Origin: Candidatus Bathyarchaeota archaeon
GTDB lineage: Archaea > Thermoproteota > Bathyarchaeia > TCS64
Length of the DNA stretch: 64,000 bases
Assembly (NCBI GenBank): GCA_041304265.1
Contig: JBFYNQ010000076.1
Coordinates: 6,821-70,820, forward strand
Reading direction: 5' to 3'
Both the position numbers and the translations under genes were made by a program. Within the stretch, counting starts at the first letter, position 1. Each line of letters opens with the position of its first letter. Below, one piece after another: positions 18,404 through 27,322 of the stretch. Under the pieces are notes generated by a model that was given only the letters and a program-made list of their open reading frames with translations, was not told the origin of the DNA and ran no database searches.

Positions 18404-18865
18404 CTATGAATGATAGAGGTAGTCCCGCGCCTTATCGGTGAGCTTAATCCTACCCCTGTGCCCAATGATGATATCGTTACGCTTCAGCGTCTTCCGGATA
18501 TCCGTGGAAAGATGAGTGATGGCAGTGTACTCATCCCTCGACTTGTAGATGAGCTGCAGCTCCGCCTGGTAGTAGTTTATCATGTTCTGGAAGTTCTTCT
18601 CCTGGAACGTCAACCCAGTCATGACTAAGAACTTCGCATCCCTAAGATTCGTCACCGACACACTATTCGCGTGCAAGCGCGTCTCCTTGTCTACATATGC
18701 CTGTTTGAGCTCTGGGTCCCCGTTGCGGCTCATCGCCTTAATGTCGTTGAGCACCGTCCACTTACCAACACCCATTTCCGCAGCAATCTGAATATTTGTG
18801 TGGTCCTTCCTTATGCCTCTGAGTATCATCAAGCGGCGCTCCTCTGGGCTAATTGTGTTTGCCAT
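18404..18865 (-). CDS. HTH DNA-binding protein (N-terminal LuxR/sigma-r4-like HTH, unknown C-terminal domain)
   Basis: Start at the internal ATG (MANTISPEERRLMILRGIRKDHTNIQIAAEMGVGKWTVLNDIKAM). The remaining ~100 aa are unassigned. Confidence 0.55.
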   Translation of the reverse strand: MANTISPEERRLMILRGIRKDHTNIQIAAEMGVGKWTVLNDIKAMSRNGDPELKQAYVDKETRLHANSVSVTNLRDAKFLVMTGLTFQEKNFQNMINYYQAELQLIYKSRDEYTAITHLSTDIRKTLKRNDIIIGHRGRIKLTDKARDYLYHS

Positions 18866-18996
18866 TGTCTTGTTCTCCTCTTTCACGACTCCTACGCAAG
18901 AAACCGGGTGCATCAACCTTCCTCCGCGCGCGGTGCATTATCCGCAGCGCGTGCGGAGGGGACCGACCGATTAATTCGGGGCTACTGTTCCATCTA

Positions 18997-19146
18997 CTAC
19001 GCATTCTGATCTGAGGCGACCCACTTCTTCACGGCCTCCTCTATCGCCTTCGTAAGGTCACCCTTTTTCCCGCCGAACTTCTCTATTGTTTTAAATCTGA
19101 GCTTTTTCTCTAGCTCATCTGAAAGTTCCACGTTTATTCGGCCCAT
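18997..19146 (-). CDS. ribbon-helix-helix (CopG/Arc-like) small DNA-binding protein, 49 aa
   Basis: Own translation; too short for the ORF track: MGRINVELSDELEKKLRFKTIEKFGGKKGDLTKAIEEAVKKWVASDQNA*. It shows the classic beta-strand (RINVEL) plus two helices. Confidence 0.6.
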   Translation of the reverse strand: MGRINVELSDELEKKLRFKTIEKFGGKKGDLTKAIEEAVKKWVASDQNA

Positions 19147-19350
19147 CTCTTCAGCTTTCCTGTTCTTCGGGTAAGCAGTAAGCGCCGGCTACTCGGCACT
19201 ACGCTCATCCGCATACACACATATGTGCATAACTGCTTATAAGGACATGTATTTACGTGTGTAAGTGTTTATGCGTGGATTTATAATCCCGTGCACCCTC
19301 TGGCTAAACCCGAAAAAAACCTTTGTTATTAGGGGTAGTACATCACAAGA

Positions 19351-20235
19351 TTACCCGGCGAAGTGTTTGTAGACAGCCATGCTCACCCTGGCGATCGCCT
19401 CCTCCGCTGCGTAGACGTCCACCGCCCCCTTCGTGAAGCAGCTAATGCAGTATCTCTCCCCCGTGGCGAGTATCATAATTACGCCTACGTCGTTCCTCAC
19501 CCCCGGCAGGCTTCCAGTCTTTCTCTGCATCCTCACCTTCTCCGTGGGGAGGTATTTTGGCACCCTGTACTCCCCAGTTTGGCATTTGCCCATAGTCTCG
19601 AGGATAGCGTCACAGCCCTCTCTGCTCGCCGCCGTCCCATCCACGATAAACTCAAGAAGCCTATTCATCTCCAGCGGCGTGGTGATGTTGTTCCTCTCCG
19701 TTCCCAGGCTCCATGACCCCTTGTCCGTCCCGCTCTTCGCAAGCCTCAGGTAGGTTTCAAGGGTCTTCTCTTCATCCGACAGGTTGTTCCCGCCGACGAG
19801 GTCGAATAGAAGATCACGGCAGTCCCCCACCACGACGGTGTTCTTCAACCCGAGGCGCTTCATCCTCGTGTTGACGTTCTCCTTCCCAACCCTATCCACA
19901 AGCATATCCGTCGCCGTGTTGTCACTCAGGATCATCATCAGCCTGCTCAGGTCGCGGACGGTGACCTCAAGCCCCTCGCTGAGCTCTTTCAGAATGCCTG
20001 AGCCCGGCACCTTGATGGAATCCTTCAGGATGAGCCTGTCGTCGAGGTTGAGCCTTCCCGCCTCCACCTGCCCGTACAGCTCGACTATGACGGGCACCTT
20101 GAAGACACTAGCAGTCGGGAACACCTCACTCCCGTTTATGCTCGCCTCCTCCCCCGTCCCGAGGTGCTTGACTGCGACCCCGAGAACCTTCTCGAAGCCC
20201 TTCGCCTCCTTCACAATATCCCCGTGAAGAGTCAT
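19351..20235 (-). CDS. class A beta-lactamase-like serine hydrolase
   Basis: SxxK (ASVFKVPV), SDN (LSDNTATD) and KTG (RKTGSLPG) motifs occur in the canonical order and spacing. No obvious signal peptide. Confidence 0.7.
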   Translation of the reverse strand: MTLHGDIVKEAKGFEKVLGVAVKHLGTGEEASINGSEVFPTASVFKVPVIVELYGQVEAGRLNLDDRLILKDSIKVPGSGILKELSEGLEVTVRDLSRLMMILSDNTATDMLVDRVGKENVNTRMKRLGLKNTVVVGDCRDLLFDLVGGNNLSDEEKTLETYLRLAKSGTDKGSWSLGTERNNITTPLEMNRLLEFIVDGTAASREGCDAILETMGKCQTGEYRVPKYLPTEKVRMQRKTGSLPGVRNDVGVIMILATGERYCISCFTKGAVDVYAAEEAIARVSMAVYKHFAG

Positions 20236-20309
20236 AGGAATACATACAACACACCGTGGCTAAAACACATCCCCCCGAACGCTTTAGTACACCAACAACC
20301 GAGGAAACC

Positions 20310-20579
20310 ATGATCAACATGTCCGAAGAACCAGTCTACGTCGCTGAAGTAACCCACGTAGGTAAGTCCTGCAGCGCCGGCCACAAGGTGGGGGACAAGT
20401 TCGAGGTCAACACCCACAAGACAGGAGGCATCTGCGGGTACTGCTACCACGACCTCTTCCCCACCCTTATGAACTGCTGCTACGGCGGCAAGATACCCTG
20501 GATCGACCCGAAGGAGTTCAACTACGAGTGCCCAGACAGATGGAACGACGTCAAGTTCCGCGTCTACAGGAAGAAGTGA
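20310..20579 (+). CDS. TIGR04076-like small Cys-rich protein
   Basis: Pattern CSAGHKVGDKFEV...GGICGYCYHDLFP...CP. ATG at 20310 is preferred over the track start at 20256. Confidence 0.55.
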   Translation: MINMSEEPVYVAEVTHVGKSCSAGHKVGDKFEVNTHKTGGICGYCYHDLFPTLMNCCYGGKIPWIDPKEFNYECPDRWNDVKFRVYRKK

Positions 20580-20584
20580 CCCCG

Positions 20585-21547
20585 ATGAAACCAAGGGTGC
20601 TCGTCAGTTACAAGGCGGATAACTTCCCCGAGGATGTCGCCGATAAGTTACTCCCACTCGCCGAAGTGATACGAGTCTCCGGCGACTACTCGGAGCAACT
20701 GCGCGAAGCCGAGGTGCTGCTCGCCTCGGGTGAGAGGGTGAACGACGACTTCCTCAGAAAGGCGCCCAAGCTCAAACTCGTCAGCCGATTCGGCGTGGGC
20801 TACGACGCCGTCGACGTCGACGCATGCACCCGCCGAAGAGTCTACGTCTGCCACACCCCTGACGTCCTCAGCGGCGCAGTCGCCGACCTCACCTGGGCAT
20901 TCATACTCGGCTGGATGCGCCGCATCCCCGAGGCCGACGAATATGCACGTAACGAGTGGGGGAAGAAGCAGAAAGGATTCCCATTCGGCTGGGATATGGA
21001 GGGCAAGACCCTTGGACTCCTCGGCTTCGGCCGCATAGGCGCCGAAGTGGCGAAGAGGGGCAGAGGCTTCGGCGTAAAAATGATCTACTATGACGTCATC
21101 CGCCGACAGGACCTAGAAGAGCTATACGGGATAACATACGTCGCCTTCGAGGAACTGCTGAAAACCTCCGACATAATCAGCGTCCACGTCCCACTGATAC
21201 CCACCACCAAGGGAATACTAAGTACACCCCAGTTCAAGGCGATGAAGAAAACAGCCATCGTCGTCAACACTAGCCGCGGACCCGTCATCGACCAGAAGGC
21301 ACTCACCGAAGCGCTAAAAGAGAAGACCATAGCTGGCGCCTGCCTCGACGTATTCGAGGTCGAGCCCGCCCCCCTCACCGAGGAACTTTTCAAGCTCGAC
21401 AACGTCATCGTCGCCCCCCACATGGCGTCAGGCACATGGGAGACACGGCGCAAGATGGCGGAGCGATGCGCCGAGAGCATCAAAGCCCACTTAGAAGGAA
21501 AGAGGCCGCCTTACACGGTGCCTGAACAGAAGAATGTAAACTTCTGA
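20585..21547 (+). CDS. D-isomer-specific 2-hydroxyacid dehydrogenase (glyoxylate/hydroxypyruvate reductase-like)
   Basis: NAD site LGLLGFGRIGAEVAKRG. Catalytic-region motifs VNTSRGPVID and APHMAS. ATG at 20585 (MKPRVLV). Confidence 0.8.
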   Translation: MKPRVLVSYKADNFPEDVADKLLPLAEVIRVSGDYSEQLREAEVLLASGERVNDDFLRKAPKLKLVSRFGVGYDAVDVDACTRRRVYVCHTPDVLSGAVADLTWAFILGWMRRIPEADEYARNEWGKKQKGFPFGWDMEGKTLGLLGFGRIGAEVAKRGRGFGVKMIYYDVIRRQDLEELYGITYVAFEELLKTSDIISVHVPLIPTTKGILSTPQFKAMKKTAIVVNTSRGPVIDQKALTEALKEKTIAGACLDVFEVEPAPLTEELFKLDNVIVAPHMASGTWETRRKMAERCAESIKAHLEGKRPPYTVPEQKNVNF

Positions 21548-21548
21548 G

Positions 21549-22229
21549 TCACCAGAAACCAGGTACCAGCCGGCGCCTCACCCTCGCCACATACTCCTTG
21601 TACCCTTCAAGGTTATTATACAGGAAACGATCCTCAAGGGACGTCCTAATTACTATAGCAACGCATCCAGCGAGCGCCGGGATGAGCGCGTATATTGAGC
21701 CTAGAATGAGTGCCACCGCTGGGAAGGCTAGGAAAGCGCCGAGGTAGGAAGGATGCCTGACAAAACGGTACGGTCCACTCGACACCACCTTATGCCCCCT
21801 GTCCGTCTGCAGCCGTACGATGGCGGAGAACCACCTGTTCACAGCGAGAGCCCAAACGCCTACAACGGCGCCTACGACGAACAGGACCACCCCCCCAGCA
21901 AACACTAATTCACCGAGAGGCGGGGACCAGCCAAACCTATGATCCAACGCAGCGACTAGAAGCGTCGATAAAGATCCGACAATCACCATGAACCTCGCGA
22001 GTATCTGGTCCCACGCTGCACCTCCCTTCGGGGGATTCGTCCTCTCCTCGAATAACCCTTCTTCGCCTAATACAATCCACATATCCGCGACCTGAACAAT
22101 CGCTGAGACAAAAAAATAGAACCAGCCCTGAACCCAGACGAGGTCACCCGAGACAAGAAACGTCCCAACTAGTAATAGGATCAGGAGAAACAGCAGCCGA
22201 GGCACCCACTTACTCGCTCGAACAGCCAT
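21549..22229 (-). CDS. isoprenylcysteine carboxyl methyltransferase (ICMT/PEMT) family membrane methyltransferase
   Basis: Polytopic profile. Family motif GPYRFVRHPSYLG. Confidence 0.65.
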   Translation of the reverse strand: MAVRASKWVPRLLFLLILLLVGTFLVSGDLVWVQGWFYFFVSAIVQVADMWIVLGEEGLFEERTNPPKGGAAWDQILARFMVIVGSLSTLLVAALDHRFGWSPPLGELVFAGGVVLFVVGAVVGVWALAVNRWFSAIVRLQTDRGHKVVSSGPYRFVRHPSYLGAFLAFPAVALILGSIYALIPALAGCVAIVIRTSLEDRFLYNNLEGYKEYVARVRRRLVPGFW

Positions 22230-22278
22230 CGAGATCGAGGTGCCCCGATGCGGTAATAGGGTTTAGGATAGCGGGATG

Positions 22279-22878
22279 CTATATAGCCTTGAAACGCTTC
22301 TCGACAGCAGCCCAGTCGGTAATGCCCCAGAGGGCATCGACGTAGGCAGCGCGGTTGTTCTGGTACTTTAGATAGTAGGCGTGCTCCCAGACATCGATAA
22401 CGAGGAGCGGCACAACCCCCCAAATTGTGAGCTTCTGGTGATTCTCAGCTTGGAGGACAAGCAGCTGCTTGGAGACCGGCTCCCAGACGAGCACAGCCCA
22501 CCCCGAACCCTCGACAGCCTTAGCCGCCGCACCCATCTCCGCTTTGAGCTTTACGAGGTCGCCAAAATCCATCTTAACCTGGTCGAGGAAGGCGCCAGAC
22601 GTTGGCTCCTTGCTCTCAGCCTTTGGACAGAGATTCTCCCAATACATGTTATGCAGGACAACGCCACTCCCATGGAATGCAAGGTCCTTATCAAGAGCCT
22701 TGATCGCTGCATAGTCTCCCTTCTCGCGCGCCTCTACGATCTTCTTCAGCGTCCCATTGAACCCCGCCACGTAGGCGTTGTGGTGTTTATCGTGGTGAAG
22801 GGTGACCGTCGCCGCGTCGATGACGGGCTCAAGGGCCTCGTAGGCGTAAGGTAGCTTCGGTAGAACGTACTCTTTCAT
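22279..22878 (-). CDS. sod: Fe/Mn superoxide dismutase
   Basis: LPYAYEALEP..D..T...HHDKHH at the N-terminus and DVWEHAYYL at the C-terminus. Confidence 0.9.
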   Translation of the reverse strand: MKEYVLPKLPYAYEALEPVIDAATVTLHHDKHHNAYVAGFNGTLKKIVEAREKGDYAAIKALDKDLAFHGSGVVLHNMYWENLCPKAESKEPTSGAFLDQVKMDFGDLVKLKAEMGAAAKAVEGSGWAVLVWEPVSKQLLVLQAENHQKLTIWGVVPLLVIDVWEHAYYLKYQNNRAAYVDALWGITDWAAVEKRFKAI

Positions 22879-22966
22879 CTCATTCTCACTCCATAAACAA
22901 ATGATTGTTGACTTTCCGATTTAATATACCTTGAGCAAAGGATCCCCAGAACACTGATAAACGCTG

Positions 22967-23695
22967 ATGGCTGAGTGGTATCGATCGGTGGCGGGTTTGG
23001 ATGATCTGCTGTGGAACCTGACAGTGATGGCAGGGTGCTATGCCTACATCGTGGCACTCATCCTCGTTTCACCCCGCCTGAAACTGCCCGGGAAAGTGAA
23101 CAGAAAGGTCCTACATGCGATGATCGGAAACCTCCCCCTTATAATGCCATTCTTCACATCGAACATCTACCCCTTCCTCGTGGCTAGTCCGTTCATCCTA
23201 GTCACTGTCCTCGCCACGCCGAGCAGCCCCCTAAAGCTGGGGGAGAAGATGAAGGGACTCAGCAGCCTGACCGACGAGGGCCACCAGTGGGGCCTCGTCC
23301 TCTACGCCATCAGCTACACGGCGCTCGCCTACCTCTTCGGGACACAGTCATACGTCGTCGCCGCCGGCATATTCCCGATGGCCTATGGTGACAGTCTTGC
23401 CGCCCTATTCGGAGAGAGGTGGGGGAGGCACAAGTACCGCGTCTTCGAGACGAAGAGCTTAGAGGGAAGCCTCGGCATGTTCCTCGGCAGCAGCGTCAGC
23501 CTGACACTCGCCTTCCTATACTTCGGGCTCCTATTTCCCCTTACATTCAACCCACTCGTCCCCGCCATCGCCATAGCCTCCCTCGCAACAGTTGTCGAAG
23601 GCGTCTGCCCGAGGGGCCTCGACAACATCGCCGTCCCGCTCGTGGGAGCAGCCACATTCCTGTTAATGACAGGAGGAATGACGTGGGCAAACTAG
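22967..23695 (+). CDS. CTP-dependent polyprenol (dolichol/phytol) kinase-like membrane protein (CdsA-related family)
   Basis: Polytopic profile. Motif YGDSLAALFGERWGRHKY...KSLEGSLG. Confidence 0.5.
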   Translation: MAEWYRSVAGLDDLLWNLTVMAGCYAYIVALILVSPRLKLPGKVNRKVLHAMIGNLPLIMPFFTSNIYPFLVASPFILVTVLATPSSPLKLGEKMKGLSSLTDEGHQWGLVLYAISYTALAYLFGTQSYVVAAGIFPMAYGDSLAALFGERWGRHKYRVFETKSLEGSLGMFLGSSVSLTLAFLYFGLLFPLTFNPLVPAIAIASLATVVEGVCPRGLDNIAVPLVGAATFLLMTGGMTWAN

Positions 23696-24273
23696 TCGTC
23701 ATCGATGGGCTCGACGCCTCTGGGAAGAGCACACAGGCGGAGATGCTCGCCGAACACATCAGGGCATCCGGGAAGACATGCATTATCCGCAGCCACCCCG
23801 GCGACGACAACTTCTTCGGCATCAAGGGGCGAGAGTACCTCTTCCGCGAGGGAAAAGCGGCTCACCTAGCCGCGAGCCTCTTCTACCTCGCTGACGTGAT
23901 CCGCAGCATCACCTTCTATCACTGGAGAAGCGTCGACTACATCATCTTCGTAAGGTACCTCATGGGCACTGCCTACCTGCCAGCCCCCCTCCATAAGTAC
24001 GCCTACAGCTTCTTCTCTCACGTCGTCCCCACTAAGGGCGACCTCATCTTCATAGAGGTCTCCCCAGATGAGGCGTATCGCCGCGTCGCAGAAAACAGAG
24101 TAAAGATCGAGCGGTTCGAGACGATTGATGAACTCGCAAAGACCTCGGAGAAGGCACTTAAACTCGCCTCTGATGGCAAGTGGATAATAATCGACGGAAA
24201 CCGCTCAATTCCGGAGATACACGAAGATATTCTGAAGATGGTTGGCCTCAAGTCACAGCCTTCGGCCTTGTGA
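23683..24273 (+). CDS. thymidylate kinase-like P-loop kinase
   Basis: The GTG at 23683 is preceded by AGGAGG. The N-terminus reads KLVVIDGLDASGKSTQ (Tmk-type P-loop). The upstream part of track ORF 23419..24273 is an out-of-frame read-through of the previous gene. Confidence 0.6.
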   Translation: MGKLVVIDGLDASGKSTQAEMLAEHIRASGKTCIIRSHPGDDNFFGIKGREYLFREGKAAHLAASLFYLADVIRSITFYHWRSVDYIIFVRYLMGTAYLPAPLHKYAYSFFSHVVPTKGDLIFIEVSPDEAYRRVAENRVKIERFETIDELAKTSEKALKLASDGKWIIIDGNRSIPEIHEDILKMVGLKSQPSAL

Positions 24274-25441
24274 TGACGACCACCATATAGCCCCAGATGA
24301 ATATGCATGCGAGATGGACGAGCAAAGGCGCCGTGAAACCGTACGCAGCGTAGATGAGCCCCCCGAGGTACGGCGCAGGTATCATCGCGAACCTGTTGTA
24401 AGCATCCATCTTACCAAGGATGGAGGATCGGACCCCAACAGGCACACGCTCGGCGATTATGCTCATCCAATTCGGTATCCATAAGCAAGGGTCAAGACCG
24501 TTAAAGACGCTGAAGACTAGGAAGGCGGGGAAACTACGGAACAGAATGAAGCCAACGGTAGCGATCATAGCGGAGGCCGTTGACAACAATACTCCGAGGC
24601 GCGCACCGAACCGCTCAGAGAGCTTCCCCCCAGGGATCGAGCCCAGAGCCCACGCGAGACTCGAAGCAGTGGCCATCAGCCCCAGCTCCAGAGTTGTAAA
24701 ACCATAGCTATCCGTCAGCGCGCCATAGAATAGGGAGTAGCCCACACCGTAGCCGATGCCCATAACAACCATCATCACATACATGGGAATCAGCTCCTTC
24801 TCCGGCTTCAGGTTCGCGATTATCCTCGAGCCGATGTCCTTCCCATTTGCGCCAGTGGTAACGTGAGTCTCCGTAACGAAAACCGCCATGAGCGCAATAC
24901 CAATAGACTCACCTACTATCGTGAGAGCGAATATCGGCCAATACCCGGTCACAATGGCAAGATAGCCACCAACCGAAGCCATAATGACGCTGGTTCCCTG
25001 GCTTATCGTCATCAGCGTCGCCAGAGCCGTCGCCCTCCTCGCGCCTCCCACAGACTCGGCTATAAGCGCCGTCCTCGCCGGATTCATCTGCTGCCAGAGG
25101 CAACTGAATCCGATGAAGAAGGCAAAAACGTAAAGGAAGACGACGTTCCCCGAGAATAGCAGGGCAAGGACAGCGGCGACCCTCGACACGTGCCCTAAAA
25201 GCATGACCTTCTTCCTCCCAAACATATCTGAGATGGGACCCCAGACGAATAGCCCCGCAGCGGTGCTGAAGTTGATAACGCTCTGGACCACGCCGAGGTC
25301 GACCACAGCCAACCCGAGGCTAAGTATGTAAGGCTGCCAGACTACTACGAGCATGCCGAAGCCCAGTTGAGAGACAAGGGTTTGCAACGCGAGAACCCGA
25401 ATATTTCCCTCTAGGGCGAGGTACTTACTGAGCGAAGACAT
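24248..25441 (-). CDS. MFS transporter
   Basis: Roughly 12 hydrophobic segments. Motif GPISDMFGRKK. Confidence 0.75.
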   Translation of the reverse strand: MSSLSKYLALEGNIRVLALQTLVSQLGFGMLVVVWQPYILSLGLAVVDLGVVQSVINFSTAAGLFVWGPISDMFGRKKVMLLGHVSRVAAVLALLFSGNVVFLYVFAFFIGFSCLWQQMNPARTALIAESVGGARRATALATLMTISQGTSVIMASVGGYLAIVTGYWPIFALTIVGESIGIALMAVFVTETHVTTGANGKDIGSRIIANLKPEKELIPMYVMMVVMGIGYGVGYSLFYGALTDSYGFTTLELGLMATASSLAWALGSIPGGKLSERFGARLGVLLSTASAMIATVGFILFRSFPAFLVFSVFNGLDPCLWIPNWMSIIAERVPVGVRSSILGKMDAYNRFAMIPAPYLGGLIYAAYGFTAPLLVHLACIFIWGYMVVVITRPKAVT

Positions 25442-25497
25442 GCCGACCTAACCGTAATGTAGAGGAAAACGAGTCGAATAGATAAACAGGGCGCCAA

Positions 25498-26307
25498 CTA
25501 ACGCAGGATGTCGGCGAACAAAGCTATGTTATGCCTAACTTGAGGGATGTCGTACATACCGATGTTCCAGGCGTCTATGAAATCGCGAAACCCGAGAGCA
25601 TACCTGATACAGTCATCGCCCTGGGCCCTATAACGCCCCGCGGCTAGTATCTTAATCACATAAACACCCTTCCCAGCATCGTGGCACGCCCTCAGCGCGT
25701 CGAGACGCATCTGCTGCGTACCATCGTCGACGTATGTACCCTTCATGTTGAGAGGCGCGCAGACGATATCGATCTCCGGCTCGTCCACTACCTGGCGCAG
25801 GGTATCGGTACTATGGGTTGATAGCGCGATCTTCTTGATCCTGCCCGCATCCCTAGCCTCCAAATACGCCTCGAGCGTCCCCTTGCGCCCCTTAAAGTCC
25901 TGACTAATGTAGGCGCGATCATGGGCGTCCTTCCTCTCTACCGGCCTCGGCGGCACAATGTGGAGGAACATAATGTCGATGTACTCGGTGCCAAGATCAT
26001 TACAGGCGAAGTCAACCGCTTTGACGCCCTCCTCGTAAGTGGCAGCATTCGACTTATCCGCGACGACTACACTACTCCTCTTAACCAGCTTTAGTGCCTC
26101 GCGAACATGGGGATGCGTCCCATAGTCATCCGAGGTGTCCCACATGTAAACGCCGAGCCTCGCCGCCTCCGCGAGTATCTCACCACCTTGCACGGGTGTC
26201 TTATCGCCCTGCTTCATATCGTCATCCGGCCCCTTCTTGAAGTTGAAGGGCTCCGTGCCATAGCAGAGCCTGCTCACCGTCAAACCGCCCAGATTAGCCG
26301 TCTGCAT
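25498..26307 (-). CDS. aldo/keto reductase
   Basis: AKR-like N-terminus from the internal ATG (MQTANLGGLTVSRLCYGT). DTSDDYG and TIM-barrel-like periodicity. The start is uncertain (26307 or 26325). Confidence 0.65.
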   Translation of the reverse strand: MQTANLGGLTVSRLCYGTEPFNFKKGPDDDMKQGDKTPVQGGEILAEAARLGVYMWDTSDDYGTHPHVREALKLVKRSSVVVADKSNAATYEEGVKAVDFACNDLGTEYIDIMFLHIVPPRPVERKDAHDRAYISQDFKGRKGTLEAYLEARDAGRIKKIALSTHSTDTLRQVVDEPEIDIVCAPLNMKGTYVDDGTQQMRLDALRACHDAGKGVYVIKILAAGRYRAQGDDCIRYALGFRDFIDAWNIGMYDIPQVRHNIALFADILR

Positions 26308-26401
26308 CCGAATCGGGGACAGCATGCACCCCACCCCTAGATAAGCAATGCCATGTGAAAACAGGGCAAGGCTTGATACCCCAGACGACACTAATTCAAC
26401 C

Positions 26402-26971
26402 ATGAAGAAGTCTATCGGAATCGGGACCTATGCACTGCCCTCCCCCGTCTGGGTCGTCGGTACATACGACTCAGCCGGCAAACCAAACCTCATGACAGCT
26501 GCATGGGGCGGCATATGCAACAGCCGCCCGCCCTGCGTCTACGTCAGCCTCCGCAAGGCTACCTACAGCCACGGCAACATCATGACGAGGAAAGCATACA
26601 CCATCAACATCCCCTCTGAGAAGCACCTAAGAGAAGCCGACTGGCTTGGAATAGCCTCAGGGCGCGACTTTGACAAGTTCGCAACAGCCAAACTAACTCC
26701 CATCAAGAGCACAAACGTCGACGCACCCTACATCAATGAGTTCCCAGTCGCCATAGAATGCCGTGTCAAAGAGATCGTAGAGCTCGGCCTCCACACCCAG
26801 TTCGTCGGCGAGATACTCGACGTGAAGGCTGATCCCGCAGTCCTTAACGACGGAGGAATGATAGACATAGAGAAGGTGAAACCCGTCATCTTCACAGCCG
26901 GCTCCAGCACTTACCACTCCGTAGGGAAAAAGCTGAGGGATGCCTTCACCGTCAAAGAAATGAAGGATTAA
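26402..26971 (+). CDS. flavin reductase-like FMN-binding (split-barrel) protein
   Basis: From ATG 26402: MKKSIGIGTYALPSPVWVVGTYDSAGKPNLMTAAWGG..., typical of the flavin reductase domain family. Confidence 0.7.
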   Translation: MKKSIGIGTYALPSPVWVVGTYDSAGKPNLMTAAWGGICNSRPPCVYVSLRKATYSHGNIMTRKAYTINIPSEKHLREADWLGIASGRDFDKFATAKLTPIKSTNVDAPYINEFPVAIECRVKEIVELGLHTQFVGEILDVKADPAVLNDGGMIDIEKVKPVIFTAGSSTYHSVGKKLRDAFTVKEMKD

Positions 26972-27322
26972 CACTTCAGAGAATCCAACCTCCGGCGGAA
27001 AAGATTGTGGAAACATGAATGGATAAATATAAGATCCAAAATGCTAACAATATGAGAATGATTAAGGGATAACGAACGCTGAAACGTAATTACTATATAG
27101 GATCACCGGCGAATAGGAAAAGGCCTAATAACTCAACATTTGCAGAGGAAAAACTGCCTTTTTCTAGGGAAGTATTAAATATTGATCTATATCACCACTC
27201 TATCTAGCCGGAAAAAGGGAACACGTGCTCCTCTGCACGAGTTTGGATCGGCGTGAGGCTAACCTCACGGGGGTGCGTGACACTCTTTACGGTGAATTAA
27301 AAACGAATGGTGAAAAAAGCGA

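Noticed and set aside
22897-22960. Possible C/D-box sRNA (ATGATTG ... CTGA, ~55 nt apart) between sod and the kinase-like gene
   Set aside because: The C box is imperfect. No acceptable D'/C' pair occurs at the required spacing. The region is better explained as divergent promoters (TTTAATATA).
23419-23682. N-terminal 88 codons of track ORF 23419..24273
   Set aside because: They overlap the polyprenol-kinase-like gene in another frame. The kinase-like protein starts sensibly at the GTG at 23683, after AGGAGG.
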